64,000 bases of DNA, from NCBI GenBank assembly GCA_051651765.1, contig JBOFSX010000214.1, positions 1,874-65,873 of the forward strand, given 5' to 3'. Source of the DNA: Anaeroplasmataceae bacterium (GTDB taxonomy: Bacteria > Bacillota_I > Bacilli_A > Acholeplasmatales > Anaeroplasmataceae). The notes under the pieces were generated by a model, which saw only the letters and a program-made list of their open reading frames with translations, did not search any database and was not told the DNA's origin. Each line of letters opens with the position of its first letter. Position 1 is the first letter of the stretch. This document shows positions 46,670 through 54,733 of the stretch, one piece after another. A program made the translations under genes and the position numbers.

Positions 46670-46731
46670 GAGTGACATTGAAATATTTAAAATACAATCC
46701 CTGTTATATATTATACTATGAGGAGTAAAAA

Positions 46732-47217
46732 ATGAGTAAAGACAGATTTTATGATAAATATTTTGCAGAAAGAGATAAATTAATAGCTAATGCAAAAAAT
46801 TATAAAAGTATTAAAAAATATGAAAAAGACATTATAAAATTAGTTCGAAAGTATATTACTAATAATAAGATCTTAGAAAGATTTACAAATAAAATGGTAA
46901 TGGATCTATTTGATAAAGAAAGAGAAAGATATATGGAATCTATAAGATCAATATTTACACTCAGATCTCAATATGAAAGTAATATTGAAATGGAGAAAAT
47001 TTGTGAAGAAAATGGTATACCAGATTCAGTGATAGAAATTATTAATAGAAGTAATACTAGAATAGTTGGTGTATTTGATTTATTGACAGCAAAATATATG
47101 CTGGTATTATATAGAAAAAATAATAAACTCAAAATATACACAAAAGTGTATATTATAAATAAAGACGAGGAGTATAATATGAGAATTATAGAATCTTCAT
47201 ATATCCTAAGAATATGA
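46732..47217 (+). CDS. hypothetical protein (161 aa)
   Basis: GAGGAG RBS. Confidence 0.75.
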   Translation: MSKDRFYDKYFAERDKLIANAKNYKSIKKYEKDIIKLVRKYITNNKILERFTNKMVMDLFDKERERYMESIRSIFTLRSQYESNIEMEKICEENGIPDSVIEIINRSNTRIVGVFDLLTAKYMLVLYRKNNKLKIYTKVYIINKDEEYNMRIIESSYILRI

Positions 47218-47741
47218 TGGAGTTAAAAGAAAAATACAAAGAATTAATGTATAAGAGACTATTGAGTAAAGCGTATAAGACGAAAGAGAAAGTTATTAAA
47301 ATGATACCAAGTCAAAAATACACATTAACACAAATAGATAAATCTTATGTTAAATTTATTAAAGAATATTTAAAGAGTATCAAATACGTAGATACAAAAC
47401 CTGATTTAGAACTAATATCTAATATAGATATGGCGTTAATAACAGAGAAAATATTTACTAAATTTAATCAGCATCCAAATAGAATATATCAAATAAAGAA
47501 TTTCATTCCAATCTATAAAAAGATTATAGCTAATGGAATGGTGAAATTTGATTTCAAGAATAAAGATAAGTATGATTATAAGGTGATGTACCTATTCAAT
47601 CCTACACATTGTTTAATATTAAAAATGAAGAAAAACACTAAGAATATAAAGGTAGCGTTTTTAAAAATAGAGGAAGACATTATTGCAGATTGCTTAATGA
47701 GTCAATCTGTAAATGTGCAATACATAATAGGAATCAAATAG
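47214..47741 (+). CDS. hypothetical protein (175 aa)
   Basis: ATGA overlap with the upstream gene. Confidence 0.75.
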   Translation: MMELKEKYKELMYKRLLSKAYKTKEKVIKMIPSQKYTLTQIDKSYVKFIKEYLKSIKYVDTKPDLELISNIDMALITEKIFTKFNQHPNRIYQIKNFIPIYKKIIANGMVKFDFKNKDKYDYKVMYLFNPTHCLILKMKKNTKNIKVAFLKIEEDIIADCLMSQSVNVQYIIGIK

Positions 47742-47751
47742 GAGGATTCGA

Positions 47752-48663
47752 ATGTTAACTATTAAAGTTGAGTACAGTATAAAACTAGATGGTACTGTAA
47801 CTAAATTAGAAACACCTATTGAGGTGTCGTATAAAAAGGACGATCATTATTATACTTATTCTAAATATAATGAATTGATAATCTTAGAAAACAGTGGAGT
47901 AGTTATAAAAGGAAAAAACAGTAATCGCATTTTAGGTGTAGACATAGAAGAAATAAAAGATTATTCGATAATAGAAGAGTTTAAAGATATTAAATTTAAA
48001 AGCTTTTATTCAGAATCTGATCGATCATTTTTAATAAGTGATGAAGACGAATTATATGTATCAGGTGAAAATGTAGATGGAGAATTAGGTGTTCATGCTA
48101 TAGGCAGAGCTCTTGTAAAATCTTTCGAAAAGGTTCCTGATATTAAAGTGGATAAAGTATTTTATCATCATATTGATACTGCAACTTATTTACTTTCAAC
48201 AGATGGTAAGTGTTATGTAGCTGGAAATACCTATGATCTCGAGTGTGAACCAGATAGTGATGGATTTCTTGACTATACGTTTTATGAGAAATTCGTACAT
48301 CTTCCATCACCAACTAAATTAACAACCTTTGCTTTATCATGGTTTAAAGACAACACTAGAGTAATGGCTATTGATGAATTTGGTGAGCTATATTCTTATG
48401 GTCAAACGTTTAATGGTGGTATAAGTAAAGTATTTACTAAAGAGGAATTCTTTAATAAAGAAATTACAGGAGAACTAGAATGTATATTTACAAGACAACA
48501 TGGTGATTTTGCATATACCAAATCTGGTAAACTATACGGAAGAGGTAGAGTAGAACCACAAAAAGATGAAAATCGTTTTAGATGTACTGACAAGTCTTTC
48601 TATAATGATTGGACTGAAATAAACCTAATTGATCATTTAAAGGGAAAGTATCATGGAAACTAA
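47752..48663 (+). CDS. RCC1-repeat-like protein, third and more divergent member (303 aa)
   Basis: AGGAGG RBS. Repeat signatures LYVSGENVDGELGV, CYVAGNTYD, LYSYGQTFNGG, KLYGRGRV. Confidence 0.6.
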   Translation: MLTIKVEYSIKLDGTVTKLETPIEVSYKKDDHYYTYSKYNELIILENSGVVIKGKNSNRILGVDIEEIKDYSIIEEFKDIKFKSFYSESDRSFLISDEDELYVSGENVDGELGVHAIGRALVKSFEKVPDIKVDKVFYHHIDTATYLLSTDGKCYVAGNTYDLECEPDSDGFLDYTFYEKFVHLPSPTKLTTFALSWFKDNTRVMAIDEFGELYSYGQTFNGGISKVFTKEEFFNKEITGELECIFTRQHGDFAYTKSGKLYGRGRVEPQKDENRFRCTDKSFYNDWTEINLIDHLKGKYHGN

Positions 48664-51001
48664 AAAATCATATGATGAATCGAGTATAAAGCATCTGAGT
48701 CTTATCGAAGGTATACGACTTAGACCATCTACATTTATTAATGGTGGTGGTCCAGATGCTGTATTGAAATTAATCTATGAGCCTCTGCAAAATGCAAATG
48801 ATGAGGCTTCTATAGGTGAAGCTAATAAGATTGAAATTGTTATTGATTCAAAGACACCACACATTTCTGTATCAGATAATGGTCGTGGTATACCAATCGG
48901 TGCAGTAGATAAAATTGTTAATAATATTTACTCTGGTGGTAAATACAATGAGAATGCATATTCAGTTCACTCTGGTGCAAATGGTATGGGTCTTATGGTA
49001 TTAAATTGTCTATCAGAGAAGATGGAAATGATTATTAAAAGAGATTCTAAGATTGCTACTATTAAGTGGGAGAATGGAATCAAAGTAAGTGAAGATATAA
49101 AAGATTATAAAGAGAAAGATACAGGTACTAAGATTTCATTCAAACCTTATCTAGTTCCATTCTTTGGTCCTGGGTCTGGGTTTGAAGGTAGTACTGATTA
49201 TGTTAATATTGAGAAATTCTTATTGTTTATCGAAGGAGTTATGTTTTGTAACAAAGGTGTTTGTTATGAAGTCACTTACGATGGAAAGAAACAGATTTAC
49301 TTCTTCAATGGTAGTGATAAAGAGTATTTATCAAACTTAGCAAAAAGAGAGAAAATTAAGCTATTATGGGATGATTGTTGTACATATGAGATAGAAAACA
49401 AGCTAACTGCTATGTATGGAAAAGTGGTAGTTTCTTTTAATAAAGAATCAACTCCTTCCACATGGTCTTATGTAAACAGATTCCCTACGATAGAAGATGG
49501 TATGCATGTTGATGGAGCTAAGTCTGGTATATCGAGAGCTATAACTCAATATATTAAACAAAATGATTATGCTCCTAAGACTTCTAAGTTTACTGTTACT
49601 GGTGCGGATGTGATAGATAATATTAGTATTATAGTATTATCTGAAATGACTAATCCTTTATTTGACGGACAAACTAAGAATCGTCTTACATCAAAAGATG
49701 CATTTGACTTCTTCTCGATTAACTCATATAATAATTTTATTACATGGGCTAATACACATAGAGAAGAAATGGATAAACTTTGTAAGTTAGCTGTTCTTAA
49801 AGCTAAAGCTACATTTGCTGCTAAAGAAGCTAAAGAACAAACGATGAACCCAGTATCTGTAAAGAATGTAGTTTCATCTAAATTAAACTTAAAGAAGTTT
49901 ACAGATTGTTCAGGAAATAATCCAAAAGAGAATGAGTTGTATATTTGTGAAGGGGATTCTGCTACTGGATCATTAGTGTTATCAAGAGATGCAAAAACAC
50001 AAGCATACTTAGCCTTAAGAGGTAAAATACTAAATGTAACTGGTAAAAAGAATCCTGCTCTTACAGAAGAATTGCAAATGCTTATTAGTGTATTGGGAAT
50101 TAGAGGAAGAGGACAAAATGCGGATTATTCTAAAATGCGATATAATCGTGTTATAATAATGGCTGACTCTGATCCTGATGGTTCTCATATCTCTTCTCTT
50201 ATATTGGGTTTCTTCTTAGCATTCTTTCCAAAGTTAATAGAGAACGGGCATGTCTTTATAGCAACGCCACCGTTCTACAGATTAAATTATCCGAAGAATG
50301 TGAGTCTTAATATTCTTAATGAGACTTACTTTTCGATTTACAAGTTAGCTATAGCAAATAAAGCTTTTGATTTATTAGACTCTGATAATAAGATAATAGA
50401 TCATAATGTGGCTAGAGTATTTAACAAGAAGTTGGAAGGTTACAATGTATTCTTAGAAGCATTTGCTAAAGAATTGAATTTGGATTGTCATTTGTTGGAG
50501 ATGATAGTTCGATGCTTTGAATCCTTAATCAAGAAGAATTACAAACAATTTGAAACTATAGGTTATAACGTAAAGCTAAAAACGGAGAATAAGAATTATC
50601 GTATTTATTATTTTGATAAGGGATATGATCATTACTTCTTGAAAGTTGATAGCAAATTTTATAATAAGATTTATATACCTATATATAAAAGATTGTGTGA
50701 TATAAAGCTTGGTAATGTGAAATACAGAAACAAGAAAACTAAGGAAGAATATTCTGGTACGCTTTATCATTTATCAAACTGCTTAGACAAAATGTTAGTA
50801 GGTAGTAAATGTAAGCTAGAGCGGTATAAAGGATTGGGTGAAATTAATAGCAATGTTCTAAGAGAAACTGCTATGGATCCTAAGACTAGAAAGATTGTAC
50901 AAGTGACAATGAACAATGTACAATCTGCTATTAAATGGGCTGGTATATTATTGGGTGACGATAATATAAATATCAAAAAAGATTTATTTATGGAGGACTA
51001 A
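48653..51001 (+). CDS. type II DNA topoisomerase, ATPase + Toprim subunit (GyrB/ParE/T4 gp39-like)
   Basis: GHKL N-box PLQNANDEA, G1 SDNGRGIP, G2 SGANGMGL, QTK loop DGQTKNR, Toprim CEGDSATGS and MADSDPDGSHI, PPFYRL, C-terminal RYKGLGEIN...TAMDPKTR. Confidence 0.85.
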   Translation: METKKSYDESSIKHLSLIEGIRLRPSTFINGGGPDAVLKLIYEPLQNANDEASIGEANKIEIVIDSKTPHISVSDNGRGIPIGAVDKIVNNIYSGGKYNENAYSVHSGANGMGLMVLNCLSEKMEMIIKRDSKIATIKWENGIKVSEDIKDYKEKDTGTKISFKPYLVPFFGPGSGFEGSTDYVNIEKFLLFIEGVMFCNKGVCYEVTYDGKKQIYFFNGSDKEYLSNLAKREKIKLLWDDCCTYEIENKLTAMYGKVVVSFNKESTPSTWSYVNRFPTIEDGMHVDGAKSGISRAITQYIKQNDYAPKTSKFTVTGADVIDNISIIVLSEMTNPLFDGQTKNRLTSKDAFDFFSINSYNNFITWANTHREEMDKLCKLAVLKAKATFAAKEAKEQTMNPVSVKNVVSSKLNLKKFTDCSGNNPKENELYICEGDSATGSLVLSRDAKTQAYLALRGKILNVTGKKNPALTEELQMLISVLGIRGRGQNADYSKMRYNRVIIMADSDPDGSHISSLILGFFLAFFPKLIENGHVFIATPPFYRLNYPKNVSLNILNETYFSIYKLAIANKAFDLLDSDNKIIDHNVARVFNKKLEGYNVFLEAFAKELNLDCHLLEMIVRCFESLIKKNYKQFETIGYNVKLKTENKNYRIYYFDKGYDHYFLKVDSKFYNKIYIPIYKRLCDIKLGNVKYRNKKTKEEYSGTLYHLSNCLDKMLVGSKCKLERYKGLGEINSNVLRETAMDPKTRKIVQVTMNNVQSAIKWAGILLGDDNINIKKDLFMED

Positions 51002-51002
51002 A

Positions 51003-51926
51003 ATGGTGCAGCGAGGTGCAGTCAAAAAATTTGAAGGCGATGTTAGAAAATTTGAAAATGAGGCACTTCGCACCATCTATGAAGACTTATTAGATGGTGT
51101 GAATATTGAAGAAGAGATTGCTGAATATAGCGAACAGGCTAGATACATTATTGTAAGATTAGTAGACAATCTATCTAAAGACAATATACCTGATATCTTA
51201 TTTATTAAGAAAGATATCATTGTATTTCAAAAGTTCTTTGGATCTAAATTGTTCCCTAAGACAGAATCTTCTCATTGCGGTTATGATGACAAAACCAAAG
51301 AACCTATTTGGAGAAATGTGATTGATGTTGAATATCATATTGGTGGTGGCACATCTAATCGTCCAAAGACTCCATTGTGTTTAGAAATTGAAGGTTTCTT
51401 AACAAAGGTTGGATTTGAAAATGTTGACATACACGCAAAGGGTCCTTCAACAGCAGTTATTCGTTTTAAGAATACATCTGAAGATGATGATGCTGTTGTA
51501 TTAGAAGGAATTGAAAGAATTAAGAAATCTTATCGAAAGTTAATAGGTTCAACTGATATAGCAGAAAAATTGGACTTATGGACAAAAGATGATAAGATTA
51601 AATACTTAGTTCGAGAATTATTAAAAATAGTGAAGAAACCATCATTAGCATTGGGTGGAGATATTAATAAGGATACTTGTAAACTTATTAACCGTTTCCC
51701 TATGTGTGAATTATTTGAAAAATCAATAACTGAAGATGGTAAAGAATACATCGATTTAACAGGGTTGTTAACAACAGATGATGATTATAAGAAAGAATTA
51801 TGTATCGGAACTGAAGACATTATGGAGAACTTAGGATTTGATGAATCATTCCTAGAACTTTATGAAGACAAAGATCATCCTGGAAATCATGTGTTTGAAT
51901 ATACCTTCTGTAACGACGGGTATTAA
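51003..51926 (+). CDS. hypothetical protein (307 aa), tandem paralog family member 1
   Basis: GGAGGA RBS. Weak shared features with the next two genes (FPMCELF versus IPPNESLF and IPPNDELF, and LGF(E/D) near the C-terminus). Confidence 0.8.
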   Translation: MVQRGAVKKFEGDVRKFENEALRTIYEDLLDGVNIEEEIAEYSEQARYIIVRLVDNLSKDNIPDILFIKKDIIVFQKFFGSKLFPKTESSHCGYDDKTKEPIWRNVIDVEYHIGGGTSNRPKTPLCLEIEGFLTKVGFENVDIHAKGPSTAVIRFKNTSEDDDAVVLEGIERIKKSYRKLIGSTDIAEKLDLWTKDDKIKYLVRELLKIVKKPSLALGGDINKDTCKLINRFPMCELFEKSITEDGKEYIDLTGLLTTDDDYKKELCIGTEDIMENLGFDESFLELYEDKDHPGNHVFEYTFCNDGY

Positions 51927-51946
51927 TAATATTATAGGAGAATAAT

Positions 51947-52903
51947 ATGAATATGGCACGAGCATGTGATATAATGCAAAAGTTTTATCGGTCTAATGTG
52001 TATTCTATACGAAGAGGTGATATTAAATTATGTGAAAATATTAAAGATGAAAAGGTTCTTTATTTGGTAAAATCTTTCTTAATAAATTCAACATCAATAG
52101 TTTATGAATCTGCATATAACGATAATATTCTTGAAGCTACTTATGACTTTAATTTCAATCCATTATTTGGTGAAGAAAATAAATGTGTAGTAGCACGAAG
52201 CGGAAACGCAGATGTAAAAATAAAAGATCCTACACTATTTAACTTATTGAATTTGAACAATCTATTCTTTAATGAAGATGGTACAGCTAGTGATCTACAA
52301 AAAGAATTTGTTAAAGCAGTTGAAATTTATGATATAAGCAATGTAACTATTTCAAAGATTGGAGAGTATAATCATTGTGTGTTAATATCATTTAACGCTC
52401 AACGATATGAAAAAGAATTTAATGATTGTATATCTTATTATACAGTAGGTGAAATGATTAAACGATGTTATAAAAATGTGCTAGGTAATATTAGTACTAT
52501 TAATATCAAAGAGAGAATAGAATTAATGTCTGATGATGTGTATGCTAAATTTGTAGCAAAACATGTTATCTCATCCGCTTTAAAAGGACAACTTGAACAA
52601 GGTGATATCGATCTAGGAAATTGTGGGGTTACAACAGCTATCCCGCCAAATGAATCATTATTCCCTGGAACAATTAGATTTAAAAACTTTGATAATGAAT
52701 TCGAATGTTCTCCATTAGTAGAACGATTTGGATCATCATTATCACTTGAACACAATCTAACTGATTCTTATTATGAGTTGCTTCGCATTTATAAAGAGCT
52801 AGGTTTTGAAAATGTAATGATTGATTTTTCTAGAGTAGAAGGATTTGATTTAGTTACAATACAAAACAAAGTGGTCGGATGCATTAATGAATTAGAATTT
52901 TAA
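51947..52903 (+). CDS. hypothetical protein (318 aa), tandem paralog family member 2
   Basis: AGGAG RBS, IPPNESLFPG motif, terminator downstream. Confidence 0.8.
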   Translation: MNMARACDIMQKFYRSNVYSIRRGDIKLCENIKDEKVLYLVKSFLINSTSIVYESAYNDNILEATYDFNFNPLFGEENKCVVARSGNADVKIKDPTLFNLLNLNNLFFNEDGTASDLQKEFVKAVEIYDISNVTISKIGEYNHCVLISFNAQRYEKEFNDCISYYTVGEMIKRCYKNVLGNISTINIKERIELMSDDVYAKFVAKHVISSALKGQLEQGDIDLGNCGVTTAIPPNESLFPGTIRFKNFDNEFECSPLVERFGSSLSLEHNLTDSYYELLRIYKELGFENVMIDFSRVEGFDLVTIQNKVVGCINELEF

Positions 52904-52907
52904 TTTA

Positions 52908-52936
52908 ATCCCCTACTTGGTAGGGGATATTTTTTA
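52908..52936 (+). terminator. rho-independent terminator
   Basis: ATCCCCTAC / GTAGGGGAT stem followed by ATTTTTTAT. Confidence 0.8.
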
Positions 52937-52956
52937 TAAACCTTTAGGAGGGTTAT

Positions 52957-53961
52957 ATGTTACTTACATCTAAAAACGGGATTGCACATGCTACAGAGTA
53001 CAATCGAAATCCAATGAAGATTGAAGATTCAGTGAATCTTAAAGAATTGATTCCAAATGACAAACTTCGAAGTATTGTTCGATGTATTAATTTATTTTCA
53101 ACAACATTTGAAGTCATGCGTTTTGATGACGTTACGATTGATGATAAAACTAGAACTGTACGACACAGAGTTATCGCTGATACTAGTCTATTTAATGACG
53201 ACGAATGTGCATATGTTGGTGGTAGTGGAGTAGAAGATGGTAATTACATTCTTAACATTAAAACAGTGTTAGAAGATAGTAAATACGATCCTGAAATAAA
53301 CTTCAAAACATTAACAGAAGCTATGAAATTAGTATTTCCTAATGTGATAAGTGTAGAATTGGGTATTGTACACAGTGGTGGACCATATAGTGATAGAGGT
53401 GAAGATCCTAGAGATTATATGATAAAAATCAAATATGCAAAACACGATAGTATTTATGATAAATCATACACAGATAAAATTGTTAATAAGTCAGCATTTA
53501 AAGAAACAGTTGAATGTGATTATAAAACAATTCTTAAAGAAAACTCTAGCTCTAAAATAGCAATTTATATAGCTAAATGTATTGTTGGTGATATTATTAA
53601 TCACGTTAACGGTGGAGTGAATAGAGGAGTTATTTGTGAGCAATATACACATGAATGTGAATTCCATAATATTTGTATTCCGCCAAATGATGAACTATTT
53701 AAAAATTATAGGCTAATACAAGAAATCCCACCAAACGGTACAACAAGAGATATTAAATGTAAAACAATTCCAGATTTGTTTACTGCATTAGGTTCTAAAT
53801 ATCTTATTCGTTATGAAGAAACAGACGATCTATTTGAGGTAAATCGATTACTTGGATGTATTCCAGGACTAGAAGGATCTTATATCAGAATTTGTCCTAA
53901 TAGGCCACATATGAATATGATTAAAGTTGTAGTTCCTGTCAAAGAATCTGTAGAACAATAA
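52957..53961 (+). CDS. hypothetical protein (334 aa), tandem paralog family member 3
   Basis: AGGAGGG RBS and IPPNDELFKN motif. Confidence 0.8.
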   Translation: MLLTSKNGIAHATEYNRNPMKIEDSVNLKELIPNDKLRSIVRCINLFSTTFEVMRFDDVTIDDKTRTVRHRVIADTSLFNDDECAYVGGSGVEDGNYILNIKTVLEDSKYDPEINFKTLTEAMKLVFPNVISVELGIVHSGGPYSDRGEDPRDYMIKIKYAKHDSIYDKSYTDKIVNKSAFKETVECDYKTILKENSSSKIAIYIAKCIVGDIINHVNGGVNRGVICEQYTHECEFHNICIPPNDELFKNYRLIQEIPPNGTTRDIKCKTIPDLFTALGSKYLIRYEETDDLFEVNRLLGCIPGLEGSYIRICPNRPHMNMIKVVVPVKESVEQ

Positions 53962-54004
53962 TCAAAAAACTTCAACATTTATTAACTTGTAATAAAGCAT
54001 AGTT

Positions 54005-54060
54005 ACACTCGCATATTATTAAGTGAATAAAGAGTATAATATAAAAATAGAATATCAAAC
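54005..54060 (+). promoter_or_regulatory. early-type promoter-like module, long form
   Basis: ACACTCGCATATTATTAAGTGAATAAAGAGTATAATATAAAAATAGAATATCAAAC is a paralog of 10963-11020. Confidence 0.55.
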
Positions 54061-54119
54061 AAAACATTAGTCCTTGACTAATATTGATATCAAAATAATA
54101 TTATCTCAAGGAGATTCAT

Positions 54120-54254
54120 ATGGTAGCAAATATTATTTTATTAACAGTGATGTTCGGCGTCGCTATTGGTTTCACATTTTTCTTGGGAGCGTTAGAGAAC
54201 GCATTCAAGAAAGATATGAAAAAGATCAAAGATTCTATGGAGAATCTTTGGTAG
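54120..54254 (+). CDS. candidate 44-aa single-pass membrane peptide (MVANIILLTVMFGVAIGFTFFLGALENAFKKDMKKIKDSMENLW)
   Basis: ATG 54120 lies 6 nt after AAGGAG. It sits in a different frame from track ORF 54074..54265, which starts at TTG without an RBS inside a hairpin. It lies between an early-type motif and a UUCG terminator. Confidence 0.5.
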   Translation: MVANIILLTVMFGVAIGFTFFLGALENAFKKDMKKIKDSMENLW

Positions 54255-54261
54255 ACTTTAA

Positions 54262-54291
54262 ATAAGGGATCTTCGGATCCCTTATTTTTTT
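54262..54291 (+). terminator. rho-independent terminator with UUCG tetraloop
   Basis: ATAAGGGATC-TTCG-GATCCCTTAT followed by T7. Confidence 0.85.
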
Positions 54292-54309
54292 GTAATAACT
54301 TCATATGAT

Positions 54310-54349
54310 CAATATATATTATTAGACGAGTAGATGTAAATAGAATATT
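54310..54349 (+). promoter_or_regulatory. early-type promoter-like motif (CAATATATATTATTAGACGAGTAGATGTAAATAGAATATT)
   Basis: Follows the UUCG terminator and lies upstream of 54421. Confidence 0.5.
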
Positions 54350-54420
54350 TTATCTAATAAAAAATCAGTCGTTGATTGATAATGATATTATAAATCTATA
54401 GATCTATTGGAGGGATGTAA

Positions 54421-54693
54421 ATGGGGTACATTTACAATGAAGAGGTCAACGAGTTGGCCATGAATCTTGAATGCGAAATAGCATCTATTAAAGATGCAAT
54501 TCGAATTCATGAAGAAATGGGGTTGGAGTGTAAGGGTGCACGTTACACTTCGGTTGACCGCTATCTTCTTAGTAAAATTACCATATTAGGTATTTTTACA
54601 AAGAAAGGAACAATGGCTATGAAAATGGCTATTGAAAATTTAGGCTTTGATTTTAAAATCAATGGTCTAAATGGCGTTGTTGAATTTATTTGA
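54421..54693 (+). CDS. hypothetical small protein in an early-type cassette (90 aa)
   Basis: GGAGGG RBS, ATATATTATTA motif upstream, strong terminator downstream, visibly higher G+C. Confidence 0.8.
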   Translation: MGYIYNEEVNELAMNLECEIASIKDAIRIHEEMGLECKGARYTSVDRYLLSKITILGIFTKKGTMAMKMAIENLGFDFKINGLNGVVEFI

Positions 54694-54701
54694 TAACGCA
54701 A

Positions 54702-54733
54702 AATAAGAGGGATTTCTCCCTCTTATTTTTTTT
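54702..54733. terminator. bidirectional terminator
   Basis: AATAAGAGGGA / TCCCTCTTATT stem followed by T8. Lies between 54693(+) and 54732(-). Confidence 0.8.

Noticed and set aside
51003-51926. ORF after the topoisomerase as the missing GyrA/gp52-type cleavage subunit (contains ...QARY...)
   Set aside because: It is too short (307 aa). It lacks the HPHGD-type and winged-helix catalytic-tyrosine context, and it belongs to a three-member paralog family with the next two genes.
54074-54304. Track ORFs 54074..54265(+) and 54116..54304(-)
   Set aside because: The plus ORF starts at TTG without an RBS inside a hairpin. The minus ORF runs through the UUCG terminator. The 44-aa frame at 54120..54254 fits the signals better.
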